Part shown: positions 1 to 9,199 of the stretch, piece by piece | How the letters are laid out: the number at the start of each line of letters is the position of its first letter | Numbering within the stretch: position 1 is the stretch's first letter | Source of the DNA: a virus | Lineage: Duplodnaviria; Heunggongvirae; Uroviricota; Caudoviricetes | Direction: 5' to 3' (one strand) | Virus record (IMG/VR): IMGVR_UViG_2751185969_000015 | Location: 1 to 37,691 of that record | DNA length: 37,691 bases | The notes under the pieces: generated by a model | Database searches by the model: none | Told to the model about the DNA's origin: nothing | The model's input: only the letters and a program-made list of their open reading frames with translations | Position numbers and translations under genes: made by a program

Positions 1-702
1 AAACGTTTTATCCTGCGTCCAGGCGTTGTACCACGGTGTATCTGTAATTTTAAATAACTCTCCCTGGATAAAATCTTCAGAAGCATAAAAAAGAGGCTGA
101 CCCGGTATTCTCTCAAATAAAAAACGAGCATTTTTAAATCGACTGACATCTGGAAGAGTTGATACTTTAAAAGTAAGCCCTCGCCCATCTATCTTTTCAC
201 CACCTGTTGCAACAGAAAGTAATTCTGATAGAGCTGATGTATCATCATGAACACCATCACCAATAGCCCCCCAACCTCTTACATCATAACTGTCTCTCCA
301 TCTTGCTATCTGAAGTTTTGGGTATTTATTCGCTCCATCTGGGTCTTCTAATTGCTGCCGTAGTTGATCAGGGTCATACTTCAGCACATTAGGAAAATAG
401 AACTGCTGCGCACCATACGCATCATAAACAGCCATAGAATGGCCTTGCACGGTAACGAATTTGGCAATCTGTCCGTTATATACAGAATATCCAGCAGCGT
501 TAATGATGATTGGTTGCGAAACAGGAACGTGAGAACCGTCTTCATTCTCCACATAAACCTGAATCTGGTTTTCAGGATTTACTGGGTCAGTGTCAATTTT
601 ACCGATATAAATTTTGCCATTGGCTACGGCTTTAAAAGAACGCGCCATAGTGAAGAGTTGCGAAGGCATCGATACGATCACATTGGCTGTAATGTCTGTC
701 AT
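1..702 (-). CDS. Tailspike protein, N-terminal head-binding domain (3' end truncated by window edge)
   Basis: Minus-strand translation from the ATG at 700-702 gives [46 protein letters not shown]..., which I recognise as the conserved head-binding N-terminus of P22/Sf6-family tailspikes. GGAG RBS about 9 nt upstream. The ORF runs in frame to position 1. Confidence 0.9.
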   Translation of the reverse strand, partial: MTDITANVIVSMPSQLFTMARSFKAVANGKIYIGKIDTDPVNPENQIQVYVENEDGSHVPVSQPIIINAAGYSVYNGQIAKFVTVQGHSMAVYDAYGAQQFYFPNVLKYDPDQLRQQLEDPDGANKYPKLQIARWRDSYDVRGWGAIGDGVHDDTSALSELLSVATGGEKIDGRGLTFKVSTLPDVSRFKNARFLFERIPGQPLFYASEDFIQGELFKITDTPWYNAWTQDKTF

Positions 703-760
703 TTAATTTGCTCCAGATACAAGGAATCGCCGAAGCATGGCTACGGTGAATTTTGGGCAT

Positions 761-783
761 AAAAAAACCCAGCCGAAGCTGGG
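761..783 (-). terminator. Rho-independent terminator downstream of ant
   Basis: Perfect hairpin CCCAGC-cgaa-GCTGGG (768-783) followed on the minus strand by a 7-nt U-run (complement of A-run 761-767). Confidence 0.7.
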
Positions 784-802
784 TCGTTGCGTTGGTTATC
801 TG

Positions 803-1705
803 TCAGTAGTTATGTACTGAAGGAGGTAATTCTTTATTCTTAAGTCTCATCCATGCGGAAAGATTCGTTGGTCCGTCTGGCTCATTAATATCAACATCTC
901 GTGTATGGTTGATTAAAACATCTCTCGCCATATCGATAATACGGGAGAACTCATAACCGCAGTCATGACATCTGCCGGAATAGTTCGATTGAATTTGTTT
1001 TAATGCCGGATACAGTTCGCGGAATAATGCCTGTGAACGGTTGGCATAATCCCATAACCATACAAGGCTGTTTGCTTCTTTTGCAGAAAGCTCGTTGGTT
1101 TTCTTCTCTTGTTTGCCGATAAACTCACCTTCAAGCACTACCCTGTGGATGTACTCTACGGCTTGCGGTATCTGAGATGCATCAAGCTCTTCAATACTTT
1201 CCACATTGAAACGCTGATGAATCATTGCATAAGCTTCTGGGTACATTAGATGCTTTTTGCTGACCAGCATATTTACAGCATCACGAAGCGGAGTCCTGTC
1301 ATCAACAGATGTTTTCTTACGTGCATTTTCTGCCTTTCCCTTTGTCCAGTAGTCATGCAGTACAGTAAAGCATTCTTCCTGGTACTGAATCAGTTTATCA
1401 CGGATGTCAGCACGAACTTTCTCAGGGTTGATGCTGAACAGCCATCCATTTAACTTCTTCAGCGGGATGCATAAAAGCTTACGTAACTTGCCATCAGCGG
1501 CAACCATAGAGATATCTCTACAGTTGAATTTGTCCTTCATTTTACGCAACTTAACAGATTGACCAGTCCAGTCGATACCAATGTTTTCCACAATTTGACG
1601 CATCGCTACATAAGTCACTCCGGCAGCCATAGCGGTTAAAATCTGCTGACCATTGAAAGGCACGTAAGAGGTGTTCACTGCTTCTAAAATTGCTATACTA
1701 TTCAT
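803..1705 (-). CDS. ant: Antirepressor Ant (P22 immI type)
   Basis: Translation from the internal ATG (1703-1705) begins [37 protein letters not shown]..., matching P22 Ant as I recall it. GGAG-like RBS upstream. The track ORF start at 1771 is an upstream in-frame extension. Confidence 0.85.
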   Translation of the reverse strand: MNSIAILEAVNTSYVPFNGQQILTAMAAGVTYVAMRQIVENIGIDWTGQSVKLRKMKDKFNCRDISMVAADGKLRKLLCIPLKKLNGWLFSINPEKVRADIRDKLIQYQEECFTVLHDYWTKGKAENARKKTSVDDRTPLRDAVNMLVSKKHLMYPEAYAMIHQRFNVESIEELDASQIPQAVEYIHRVVLEGEFIGKQEKKTNELSAKEANSLVWLWDYANRSQALFRELYPALKQIQSNYSGRCHDCGYEFSRIIDMARDVLINHTRDVDINEPDGPTNLSAWMRLKNKELPPSVHNY

Positions 1706-1767
1706 GTTGGTTTTTCTCCACGGATTTACCGACAACCGAAGCCCTGACTGTTCCCGCAGTTGGGGCT

Positions 1768-1989
1768 TCACTGTTTTTGTAAGTCACTGTAGCTATAAAG
1801 CCACTGACCACTCATTTTTGATTTGATTGACTCTACTGAATCACGGCAAGGAATGATTCCGCCTGACATCATTCTGATCTCCGTAAATTCACCACTCCTT
1901 ATCGATTCAATGCCATCAATGTTAACTAAAGATTTACCTCTACCAAGTGCATTCTCATAGCCAATCTCATCAACCTCAATAAACCTCAT
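1768..1989 (-). CDS. Hypothetical 73-aa protein inserted between arc and ant
   Basis: [29 protein letters not shown]...; its ATG overlaps the arc stop (ATGA), suggesting translational coupling. No family recognised. P22 has no gene between arc and ant. Confidence 0.5.
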   Translation of the reverse strand: MRFIEVDEIGYENALGRGKSLVNIDGIESIRSGEFTEIRMMSGGIIPCRDSVESIKSKMSGQWLYSYSDLQKQ

Positions 1990-2144
1990 ACCGTTATCCC
2001 CTCTCTCTTCAGGCTGTCCAACACTCGCTTGTAAATCTCAGAGTTAACAGATCGCCCGTTCTCTTCCGCCACCTTACGCACCAAATCCAATACTTCTTTA
2101 GGCCACCGCAAATTGAACTGCGGCATTTTGCTCATTCCTTTCAT
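1986..2144 (-). CDS. arc: Arc repressor (ribbon-helix-helix)
   Basis: Translation from ATG 2142-2144: [52 protein letters not shown], near-identical to P22 Arc as I recall it. Confidence 0.9.
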   Translation of the reverse strand: MKGMSKMPQFNLRWPKEVLDLVRKVAEENGRSVNSEIYKRVLDSLKREGITV

Positions 2145-2159
2145 ATTTACCTCACAATA

Positions 2160-2207
2160 TAGATCCACCGTGGACCTATTGAGAATATAGTAGAGTGCTT
2201 CTATCAT
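2160..2207. promoter_or_regulatory. immI divergent control region with Mnt and Arc operators (Pant/Pmnt)
   Basis: Imperfect palindrome GATCCACcGTGGACC (about 2163-2179) resembles the P22 Mnt operator. ATAGTAGAGTGCTTCTATCAT (2187-2207) matches the P22 Arc operator. Both lie between divergent arc and mnt. Confidence 0.7.
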
Positions 2208-2234
2208 GTCAATACACTAACTTGGGGTGATGGC

Positions 2235-2483
2235 ATGGCTAGAAACGATCCGCACTTTAACTTCCGTATGCCTTTGGAAGTAAGAGAAAAATTGAAATTA
2301 AGAGCAGAGGCTAACGGAAGGTCAATGAACTCTGAGTTATTACAAATCGTTCAGGATGCTCTCTCCAAACCATCACCTGTAAGCGGGTATCGTGATGAAG
2401 AAGAGAGGCTGGCCTCATTAATCTCGGAACGAGTAAAAGAAGTTGCGGCTGATATCCTTAGAAAAGAAAAAACCCGCGATTAA
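2235..2483 (+). CDS. mnt: Mnt repressor
   Basis: MARNDPHFNFRMPLEVREKLKLRAEANGRSMNSELLQIVQDALSKPSP..., closely matching P22 Mnt. Confidence 0.9.
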   Translation: MARNDPHFNFRMPLEVREKLKLRAEANGRSMNSELLQIVQDALSKPSPVSGYRDEEERLASLISERVKEVAADILRKEKTRD

Positions 2484-2489
2484 GCGGGT
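2461..2489 (-). terminator. Terminator between convergent mnt and the minus-strand operon (bidirectional; stronger on minus strand)
   Basis: Hairpin ACCCGC-gattaa-GCGGGT (2472-2489) with a long U-run on the minus strand (complement of 2461-2471); only a weak T-run on the plus strand. Confidence 0.6.
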
Positions 2490-2497
2490 TTAGTTGG

Positions 2498-2719
2498 TTA
2501 GTTATCAAAAAGTCCGTACGTTTCTTCTTCTTCAGGTGTAAGGGGAAGAATCTCTACTCTATCTATAGATACCTTTTCAATGTACCCATGAGGTCTACTT
2601 AAAATTAAAGCTCTCTCATGCCACAGAACTCCAAGAATGTGATACCTCCCAGCATCGCCTTTTACCCTGGCTCTTCCTTTGATTCTTGGCGACATAATGC
2701 CATATTTTTTCTTTGCCAT
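2498..2719 (-). CDS. Hypothetical 73-aa basic protein, last gene of the RHH/Bro-N operon
   Basis: ORF MAKKKYGIMSPRIKGRARVKGDAGRYHILGVLWHERALILSRPHGYIEK...; its ATG overlaps the stop of the upstream gene. No family recognised. Confidence 0.5.
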   Translation of the reverse strand: MAKKKYGIMSPRIKGRARVKGDAGRYHILGVLWHERALILSRPHGYIEKVSIDRVEILPLTPEEEETYGLFDN

Positions 2720-3447
2720 TATGCAACATTACTCCCATGAATCAGGTGTTGTAGTGCTTTAACACCTTCCGCATTGTAGCGGAATACTTCCACCTGTTTG
2801 CTGGAATGCGCAGATTTATCCAGGAAGAACTTACCGTACTGCTCAGTTTTGAGGTTGTTTGCGTTAGCAATGCGACCAATCTTGTTGGCCGTTACTCCAA
2901 GCTGCTCTGCAACCTCCCCTGCTGAGTAGTAATGCTCTTCTATTGCTGGAAGAGGTATTGCATTAAAACCAACGATCGGGTTGATTATGCTTGCTGCCGC
3001 AGTCTGCTTTGCTTCCGGCGCAAGATTTGGCATCAAATCGAACAGATTGGTAACAGCTTCAACCGTCATTTTCAATGTTCGCGCCTGGCGATACTCAACA
3101 AGTCCACTCGACGATTTACCGCTTTTAATGTGCGCTTCTTGCATACTTTCAAGTTGGTCTACAAGTGAGCGGCGAACAGCTTTAGATTCACGAGCAGCCA
3201 CTCGAAGGGCTTGCTTAATTGACATAACAACTTTTTCAGAAGTTGTCTTGTTTGATTTTTGAACTACGAAAATTTCGTAGTGCTCACCTTCAAGTTCATC
3301 CTTAATGCGTGCAATAAAGTCGTTATTTCGGACTTCTTTTTCCCCGCACTGTCTACGAGCATGATTGACCATCTCTAACAGGTACTGGCTATCAATGGTT
3401 TTATCCGTGACAACGGATCCGATGTTTGCTACATTCTTAAAAGTCAT
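2719..3447 (-). CDS. Antirepressor-like protein (KilAC / P22-AR-C type C-terminal domain)
   Basis: Start taken at internal ATG 3445-3447 (MTFKNVANIG...) with an AAGGA RBS. C-terminal segment YYSAGEVAEQLGVTANKIGRIANANNLKTEQYGKFFLDKSAHSSKQVEVFRYNAEGV resembles phage antirepressor C-terminal domains. Assignment from motif recall only. Confidence 0.5.
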   Translation of the reverse strand: MTFKNVANIGSVVTDKTIDSQYLLEMVNHARRQCGEKEVRNNDFIARIKDELEGEHYEIFVVQKSNKTTSEKVVMSIKQALRVAARESKAVRRSLVDQLESMQEAHIKSGKSSSGLVEYRQARTLKMTVEAVTNLFDLMPNLAPEAKQTAAASIINPIVGFNAIPLPAIEEHYYSAGEVAEQLGVTANKIGRIANANNLKTEQYGKFFLDKSAHSSKQVEVFRYNAEGVKALQHLIHGSNVA

Positions 3448-3535
3448 TAGGCATTCCTTATGTGGTAGTAAGGGTGTGACATAGGCCGCCAGCAGCACAC
3501 TGGCGGTTTTCTTTTTGCGCAGTCCGGCGCACCAA

Positions 3536-4162
3536 TCAATGAATCCATTCCTCGCCGCGAAGTTTTGCCAGCATTGGCTGAGCGTTCTTTACGACAAAAT
3601 TGTTGGTATCAAGATTCTTCATTTCACGAAGAAGTGATTTCTTGGTTTCTTCTGACATGTAGCGAGTCTCATATGCAATATCGTAAATCCTTCCTGAAAG
3701 CTCAGAACCAATTTGCTTCATTCCTGGGTAGATGTGTTTGCACGTTTGTTGACTCTTCTCCATCCACAATTGTAAGTAGCAGAGATTAACCAGTTCTTCG
3801 TCAGTAAACTGTTTTGCAATCGGTGAGCATTCTGCCTGCCGATCCAAAATATCCAGCACCCAGCGGCGGAACTCTTTGGCTACCGGAGTGCGAGCAAACA
3901 TCGCGATTAGGTGGGCACCGCGTAGTGAGAAAACTCGCACTTTTTTGCGATAATTTCCTGAGGTACTCACTTCGAGTACCTGAGTCATTCCGGCGCTAAA
4001 CTCATCGCTATACTTGTTATAAATCATTGTTACTGCACGACTATTTGCGTATTTAAGTGCAGATGCAATATTAGATGATGTAAACCAAACACCATGCATA
4101 TCACGGGTGGGCACCAACTCAACTCCGTGGAAGTTGTAATCTGATTTTGCTACAATACTCAT
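3536..4162 (-). CDS. Bro-N domain protein (putative antirepressor)
   Basis: Start at ATG 4160-4162 (MSIVAKSDYNFHGVELV...) with an AAGGAAA RBS. Clear Bro-N signature: ...WFTSSNIASALKYAN...RVFSLRGAHLIAMFARTPVAKEFRRWVLDIL. Confidence 0.7.
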   Translation of the reverse strand: MSIVAKSDYNFHGVELVPTRDMHGVWFTSSNIASALKYANSRAVTMIYNKYSDEFSAGMTQVLEVSTSGNYRKKVRVFSLRGAHLIAMFARTPVAKEFRRWVLDILDRQAECSPIAKQFTDEELVNLCYLQLWMEKSQQTCKHIYPGMKQIGSELSGRIYDIAYETRYMSEETKKSLLREMKNLDTNNFVVKNAQPMLAKLRGEEWIH

Positions 4163-4235
4163 GTTAGTTTCCTTGCATACGGTTACTGACATAGAGGCCC
4201 GGTTTGTGTTCGCGCACTGCCGGGCTTCACTATTT

Positions 4236-4409
4236 TTATTGGATGACAACATCGCCCTTTGCCTCAAGTTTCATCAATAACTCCATTCGATAAGCTATCT
4301 CTGCCTGAATTGACCTATGGCATCTTTTTGCTGATTCGCGGATATGTGAATCAACCTTTTCTGTAAAACGAACCTGACGCGGCTTGATGGAAGATATCTT
4401 TTCAGTCAT
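4236..4409 (-). CDS. Small ribbon-helix-helix-like regulator (57 aa); not in the ORF track because it is under 60 aa
   Basis: Hand translation: MTEKISSIKPRQVRFTEKVDSHIREAAKRCHRSINAEIAYRMELLMKLEAKGDVVIQ. Strong AGGAG RBS. Beta-strand then helix pattern typical of Arc/MetJ/CopG-type RHH proteins. First gene of the operon divergent from the S24-like regulator. Confidence 0.5.
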   Translation of the reverse strand: MTEKISSIKPRQVRFTEKVDSHIRESAKRCHRSIQAEIAYRMELLMKLEAKGDVVIQ

Positions 4410-4508
4410 TATGCACTCCTGTTTTTAAAAAACTCATAATCTCACTTTTTGTAGTTTGATTATTCACTCACACTCAGTATGAGTCAATGAATTTTTTATG
4501 GTGAACTA
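4410..4508. promoter_or_regulatory. Divergent intergenic control region between the RHH operon and the S24-like regulator
   Basis: 99-bp AT-rich spacer between two divergent start codons; expected to hold divergent promoters and operators. No specific boxes assigned. Confidence 0.4.
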
Positions 4509-5150
4509 ATGAATTTTGACGATCAATTCCCATCAAGAGTATCTCTGGCAAGACAGTCCAGGGGTATGACGCAGGCGCAGTTGTCAAAATTAGCTGGTGT
4601 TGTTCAACGTCAAATAGCTGCATACGAGGGTGGTGAGGCTAAACCACGGCTTCGGGTATTGCAGGCATTAGCCAACGCATTAGGTACTACAGCTGAGTGG
4701 TTAGCTCTAGGTGAAGGTCAGGGTCCGGGAACAAAAAACGTCATGCCTGACGTTCTGGTAAAGCAAATACCAATCCTCAAACTAGATGAAGTTATGCATT
4801 ACCTAAACACAGGTGAACATTCATCGTCTAGATTTCATCCGGCAATATACAATGTTGGTGACTCTGCATTTGCATTGACTATTGAAGGTGAAGCTATGAC
4901 TACAAGTTCAGGTATTAGCTTTCCCAGAGGATCGGTTGTCACGTTCAGCCCTCTAGTAAAAGCTAAAAGCAAAGATTATGTAATAGCATCATTGGATAAA
5001 GAGCAAATATTGAGCTTCAAACAGGTTTACATTGGTGAAATAGAGACAAACCTAGTATCCCTAAACCCAATGTATCCTAATATTCTTGTTAGAAATGAAG
5101 ATGTTAGTATTTTGGCAACCGCAGTTTACCTTGAAATCCCGTTGCTTTGA
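4509..5150 (+). CDS. CI/LexA-like regulator: XRE-family HTH plus S24-peptidase-like domain with Ser to Ala at the nucleophile position
   Basis: N-terminal HTH (GMTQAQLSKLAGVVQRQIAAYEGGEAKP). C-terminal domain aligns with the lambda CI C-terminal domain: AFALTIEGEAMTTSSG vs lambda [16 protein letters not shown], and SFKQV vs TFKKL. The Ser of the G-x-S-M motif is Ala; the catalytic Lys is retained. Confidence 0.75.
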   Translation: MNFDDQFPSRVSLARQSRGMTQAQLSKLAGVVQRQIAAYEGGEAKPRLRVLQALANALGTTAEWLALGEGQGPGTKNVMPDVLVKQIPILKLDEVMHYLNTGEHSSSRFHPAIYNVGDSAFALTIEGEAMTTSSGISFPRGSVVTFSPLVKAKSKDYVIASLDKEQILSFKQVYIGEIETNLVSLNPMYPNILVRNEDVSILATAVYLEIPLL

Positions 5151-5210
5151 TATCCTTTAGGAAGCGACACATTATCATCTGGTATCCTGCTCAAAACTAA
5201 GGAGGTTGGT

Positions 5211-5660
5211 GTGAGTGAAAAATTATCAGTTGAGATTTACAGGGATGCCAAAAAATTGATTAAAAAGGCATTGCTGATTTCCCTATCTTTGTTAGCCATT
5301 GCCATTGTTTATTTTGTGGCAGACAAAATCTATACAGAACAAAAAAATAGCAAAAAAAGCGCTGAACTGATTATGCGAGCCGAAAATGCTGTCAAGGGTA
5401 CCCAACCTAAGGTGTTCAATAGAACAGACCTTGGCGAAAGTCACTCTATTTCCATTTGGTTTATTAATGATTCAGATAAGCACATTCTTGTAGAAAAAAA
5501 CGGTGAAAAATCGTTGTTTTCTACAGGAGGATATGTATCCGGTGATATCCATGCATATCATCAGGCCGGAAAGGCATGCGAAACCCTGTCTTTTTCTATG
5601 GATTCAAGTTCTGTGATATCCGCTTCTTGCGATTTTGATGATTATTACCTTAAAAAATAG
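5211..5660 (+). CDS. Single-pass membrane-anchored protein (moron at the P22 sieA-equivalent locus); GTG start
   Basis: GTG start with AAGGAGG RBS 5 nt upstream. N-terminal hydrophobic helix LLISLSLLAIAIVYFV followed by a roughly 110-aa soluble domain. AT-rich. Lies downstream of the S24-like regulator on the same strand. Confidence 0.55.
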   Translation: MSEKLSVEIYRDAKKLIKKALLISLSLLAIAIVYFVADKIYTEQKNSKKSAELIMRAENAVKGTQPKVFNRTDLGESHSISIWFINDSDKHILVEKNGEKSLFSTGGYVSGDIHAYHQAGKACETLSFSMDSSSVISASCDFDDYYLKK

Positions 5661-5677
5661 CCATCCATGGCGTCACC

Positions 5678-7813
5678 TCAATCCTGTGCCATTCCGCTTA
5701 GCGATGCCACAATCCCAGCCCTCGACAAACGCTGGAACTCTTCGTTTCCTAGTGCATCGCGAATTGCTTTTACGGCGGCCTTATTTGCCATAAATCTGCG
5801 TTCCGCCGCCGCTAATGCGCCATCACTTGCCCCAACTTTAACTGCCTTTGTCGCCTCTTGAACAGCCTTTTCAATAGCGTAACGACCACTTCTGGTTGCG
5901 GATAATTTCGCTATCGATCCTTTTGCTATTGCATCAATTGCTCCACCTGCAGCGCCACCCACTATTGCTCCAATAACACCTCCTCCAGAGAACCCTGCGA
6001 TAGCGCCAGCGGTTGGAAAAGCGCCAGACAATACGCTCTCTAAAACTGGATGAAGGCCATTCTCAAGAGTGCTAATGGCTGGCATAGAGCGCCCTGTTTG
6101 TTCAACATATCGAAGTGGCTTTGTTGCTGCTCTTGCAAGTTCTCCAAACCCCCTGGCAATCCTACCAAGCTCTGGAGAATATCGACTAATTGCCTTCACG
6201 TTTTGTGGGGTAAGAATAGTCGCGATATGCTTAATTCCAGCCTCTTCAGACTTACCTCCGCGTACCCCTTGCGATACCGCATCTTGTAATATTGATGCAA
6301 TTGCTGGCGCGCGTTCCGACTCAGGTAGGGCGCTTATTATTTTATGGAACTGACCTGTTCCACTTTTTGCTGAACCCTGCAACGCCTTAGAGCCATTAGT
6401 TACCAACTGATCAGTTGCAAGGTCTCTACCAAACGCTGCTTCAGCCTGTTCTTGTGCTGTAAATCTTGCCTTTGACAGATCATTAGCTTTTTGCCAGTCA
6501 TCAAGAAAACCACCATTTTGAGCCATTATGCGCATATCTTCCGTTGCTGCATCACGAAGCTCAGCCATGCGCCTTGCCGTATTTGCCTCACCAGACCTTA
6601 TATACTTCTGCTCTGCGTCAGCAAGTTTACTTCGCCATGCCTTCATGGCATCAAACGTGATTCCTTTTTTACCAGTTTTAGCATAAGCAGATGCGAATTG
6701 TTTCATCTCAGGAGTTAGCGGCATGCCAGCCAAAATATCACCCTGAATTGTAGCGTTCAGGTTTGACATTCTGGCCTTTGCGTCAGGCATCGTGGAGCGA
6801 ACGCTATCCCATGCGGCCTTTTCTGAATTTTTCATTTTATCAATACTTGCCAAAACCCTTTGTTTTATGGCTGCACTTTTTTCTGATGCAGTTCCTGCTT
6901 CAGCCCCAAACTCATCCAATGCTGAGTTAAATTTCGACTCTATTTCACTGAATGCTTTGGTGTGTGCATCCTGTGTAATTCCGGGCTTTGACGCCAGAAT
7001 CCCCTCCGCCTGAGCAAGACCACGACTACCTGATCTCATGCCAGGAGTTAATGCGTTGATATCTATTCCAGCAGTATCTGCTGCTTTTGCTATTTCGTCT
7101 GACACATTAGCTGACTGTCTGGCGATAATCTCTCTTCCTGTACCAGACTTTGCCATTTTCGAAACATCAGCAGCGGAATTTATTGCCCCGCCACCAAGAA
7201 CTTGAGGTGATTTAGAGGTTAAGATCCTTCCAGCCCCAGAAAGTATCCCCTGAGCACCAATATTGATACCACCGTTAATGGCAGCATTTTGTGCAAAGTC
7301 GCCCTCCTGATTTGCAGCATCAGCAAGAGAACCTGCAATCATGTTTCCTGCGGAACCGATATCTCCAGCGAGCTTTGCTGGCGCTCCAGCAGCTTTTGCC
7401 GCTGTGCCAATTGGCAGGAGATACCCCCCAATTGTTTCACCGGCTTGCGCGTAAGGGTCTGTCGGTCGATCGACTGGACGATAGACATCATCCAATACTT
7501 TTGGCCCACCAAGCCCCTGACTGATTGCATTAATCAGACTTGCGCCACCCTGCAATACGTCAAATGGTATGTTTACCAGACCACGACCAGCCTGTTCTGC
7601 AATTTGCCCTGCACTTTGACCACCAGTGAGCCAATCGCCAGCTTGTTGCATCAATGATGGTTCTTCACGCGCTGGTTCATTATTGGCCTGATTAACTGTT
7701 TGTTGCTGAACAGCCTGACCAGCAAAATACTCATCAATGGCGGTGCCAATATCTTCCGTGCTCGTACCATCAGGAAAGGTAAATGTCTTACCATTTGCAG
7801 TTACTTTCATCAT
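5678..7813 (-). CDS. Ejection (injection) protein, P22 gp16-like
   Basis: 711-aa Ala/Gly-rich protein in the P22 gp16 position (downstream of the gp7 and gp20 homologs); overlaps the upstream gene by 4 nt. Confidence 0.7.
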   Translation of the reverse strand: MMKVTANGKTFTFPDGTSTEDIGTAIDEYFAGQAVQQQTVNQANNEPAREEPSLMQQAGDWLTGGQSAGQIAEQAGRGLVNIPFDVLQGGASLINAISQGLGGPKVLDDVYRPVDRPTDPYAQAGETIGGYLLPIGTAAKAAGAPAKLAGDIGSAGNMIAGSLADAANQEGDFAQNAAINGGINIGAQGILSGAGRILTSKSPQVLGGGAINSAADVSKMAKSGTGREIIARQSANVSDEIAKAADTAGIDINALTPGMRSGSRGLAQAEGILASKPGITQDAHTKAFSEIESKFNSALDEFGAEAGTASEKSAAIKQRVLASIDKMKNSEKAAWDSVRSTMPDAKARMSNLNATIQGDILAGMPLTPEMKQFASAYAKTGKKGITFDAMKAWRSKLADAEQKYIRSGEANTARRMAELRDAATEDMRIMAQNGGFLDDWQKANDLSKARFTAQEQAEAAFGRDLATDQLVTNGSKALQGSAKSGTGQFHKIISALPESERAPAIASILQDAVSQGVRGGKSEEAGIKHIATILTPQNVKAISRYSPELGRIARGFGELARAATKPLRYVEQTGRSMPAISTLENGLHPVLESVLSGAFPTAGAIAGFSGGGVIGAIVGGAAGGAIDAIAKGSIAKLSATRSGRYAIEKAVQEATKAVKVGASDGALAAAERRFMANKAAVKAIRDALGNEEFQRLSRAGIVASLSGMAQD

Positions 7814-9189
7814 TCCACCGTAAATTGAATGCCTGATTTTGACGTGTAGCTACCTCCTGCTGATTGCTGAGTAGCTGGCTGTTGCCTTGATGATTTCTTC
7901 CCGCCATTACCAACATTAACGTTATATTGCTGGTTGTAATTGTCGGTATATTGCTGAATGTCGCGCATTGATTGTTGCAGCGCTTCAGGACTTGAGAAAT
8001 CAACCTGTGGCATACCTTGAAAATACATCTTTGCTTCTGCAACGGTGTTGATACCGGATGCCCCCATGTCTCTGGCTGCTGCAATGCCCTGATTCTGCAT
8101 CTTTCCTTGGATTCGCTGTGCAGCGTTGTATAGTTTCCTCTCCTCAACACCAGATGCCCTGCTACGAATATCTGCACCAAGAGCAAAAGAACCTGAAGAA
8201 CCTGTAATACCTGTCATGAAGCCAAGATCGTCAATTGATGCGCCAGAAATTGCATCAAGATCTTTCTTCATTGCGTAATTCTGCGCGCTTGCTGCCGATG
8301 TAGCTGGAGCGGCAATAGAACCAGCAGGAACGCGAACCATATTCCCCTCGTTGTCGATACCTTCGTAGAACGCATTAGCCCCAGCGCCGTGAAGCTTCCC
8401 GCCTACCGTTACAGTTCTGCCATCTGCTAACTGAACTGTACGCTCATTATTCCCAACCGCCCCTTTCATTGATGCTCTCTGCATCGATAAATCCTGACCG
8501 CGCATCGTGATATTCTGACCACGCGCTGTTAGCGCCTCGCCAGCCTGATTGCTGCGGATTGTCTCTGCCAACTTGCCACGCTCAATATCCCGACCTTCCA
8601 TTTGATCTTTGATATCGAAATACTTCTCATGACCGAGAGAAAATAGTGCCAGATTACCTGTGAAGTGCTGGAAGCCCTGCGGGTCATTAACCTGCATTTC
8701 CGCAATAGTTTCTGGAGGGATACCTAAACGACGCATCTCCTTTTCGTTATCCATCATGAACCTGCCAAATGCACCCGGACCAAGCGACGAAGCGACCTGA
8801 GCCTTAAGCGCCAGATTGCCAAAATCATCCCGCTGGGCGTCATCGACATACCCCATGCCTTTACGGACTTCCTCAAACTCTTCGGGGAATGCTGTAATAA
8901 GATTACGCATCTGCTCCCTGTCGCCGGACGCATAAGCATCCGCATAACCTTTCTGGAATGCCGCTTTACGTTCCTGCTGTTGCTGCTGCTTATAAATATC
9001 AGCAACTCCAGCCAGACCACGTAACGCGGTCAGACCAACGTTATTTGCACCTGAACGAGCCAGTTCATTGTTTTCGCGAATCAGACCAAGCGTTGCGTTA
9101 ATGTCGCTTGCCTTTGGCGCATTCTCATTTTGCGTACCGATGCCAGCCAGAAAACCACCAGAATTAATACCCTGTTGCCAAGTAGCCAT
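7810..9189 (-). CDS. Ejection protein, P22 gp20-like
   Basis: 459-aa protein in the conserved gp7-gp20-gp16 order of P22-like phages. Confidence 0.65.
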   Translation of the reverse strand: MATWQQGINSGGFLAGIGTQNENAPKASDINATLGLIRENNELARSGANNVGLTALRGLAGVADIYKQQQQQERKAAFQKGYADAYASGDREQMRNLITAFPEEFEEVRKGMGYVDDAQRDDFGNLALKAQVASSLGPGAFGRFMMDNEKEMRRLGIPPETIAEMQVNDPQGFQHFTGNLALFSLGHEKYFDIKDQMEGRDIERGKLAETIRSNQAGEALTARGQNITMRGQDLSMQRASMKGAVGNNERTVQLADGRTVTVGGKLHGAGANAFYEGIDNEGNMVRVPAGSIAAPATSAASAQNYAMKKDLDAISGASIDDLGFMTGITGSSGSFALGADIRSRASGVEERKLYNAAQRIQGKMQNQGIAAARDMGASGINTVAEAKMYFQGMPQVDFSSPEALQQSMRDIQQYTDNYNQQYNVNVGNGGKKSSRQQPATQQSAGGSYTSKSGIQFTVE

Positions 9190-9199
9190 TGATTACCCC

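Noticed and set aside
364-762. 132-aa plus-strand ORF in the track
   Set aside because: Lies antisense within the confidently identified tailspike gene; low-complexity translation with no RBS.
803-1771. N-terminal extensions of ant, arc, cro, cI, needle, erf and other track ORFs
   Set aside because: The track reports the longest ORF; internal starts with an RBS and agreement with known protein N-termini were preferred.
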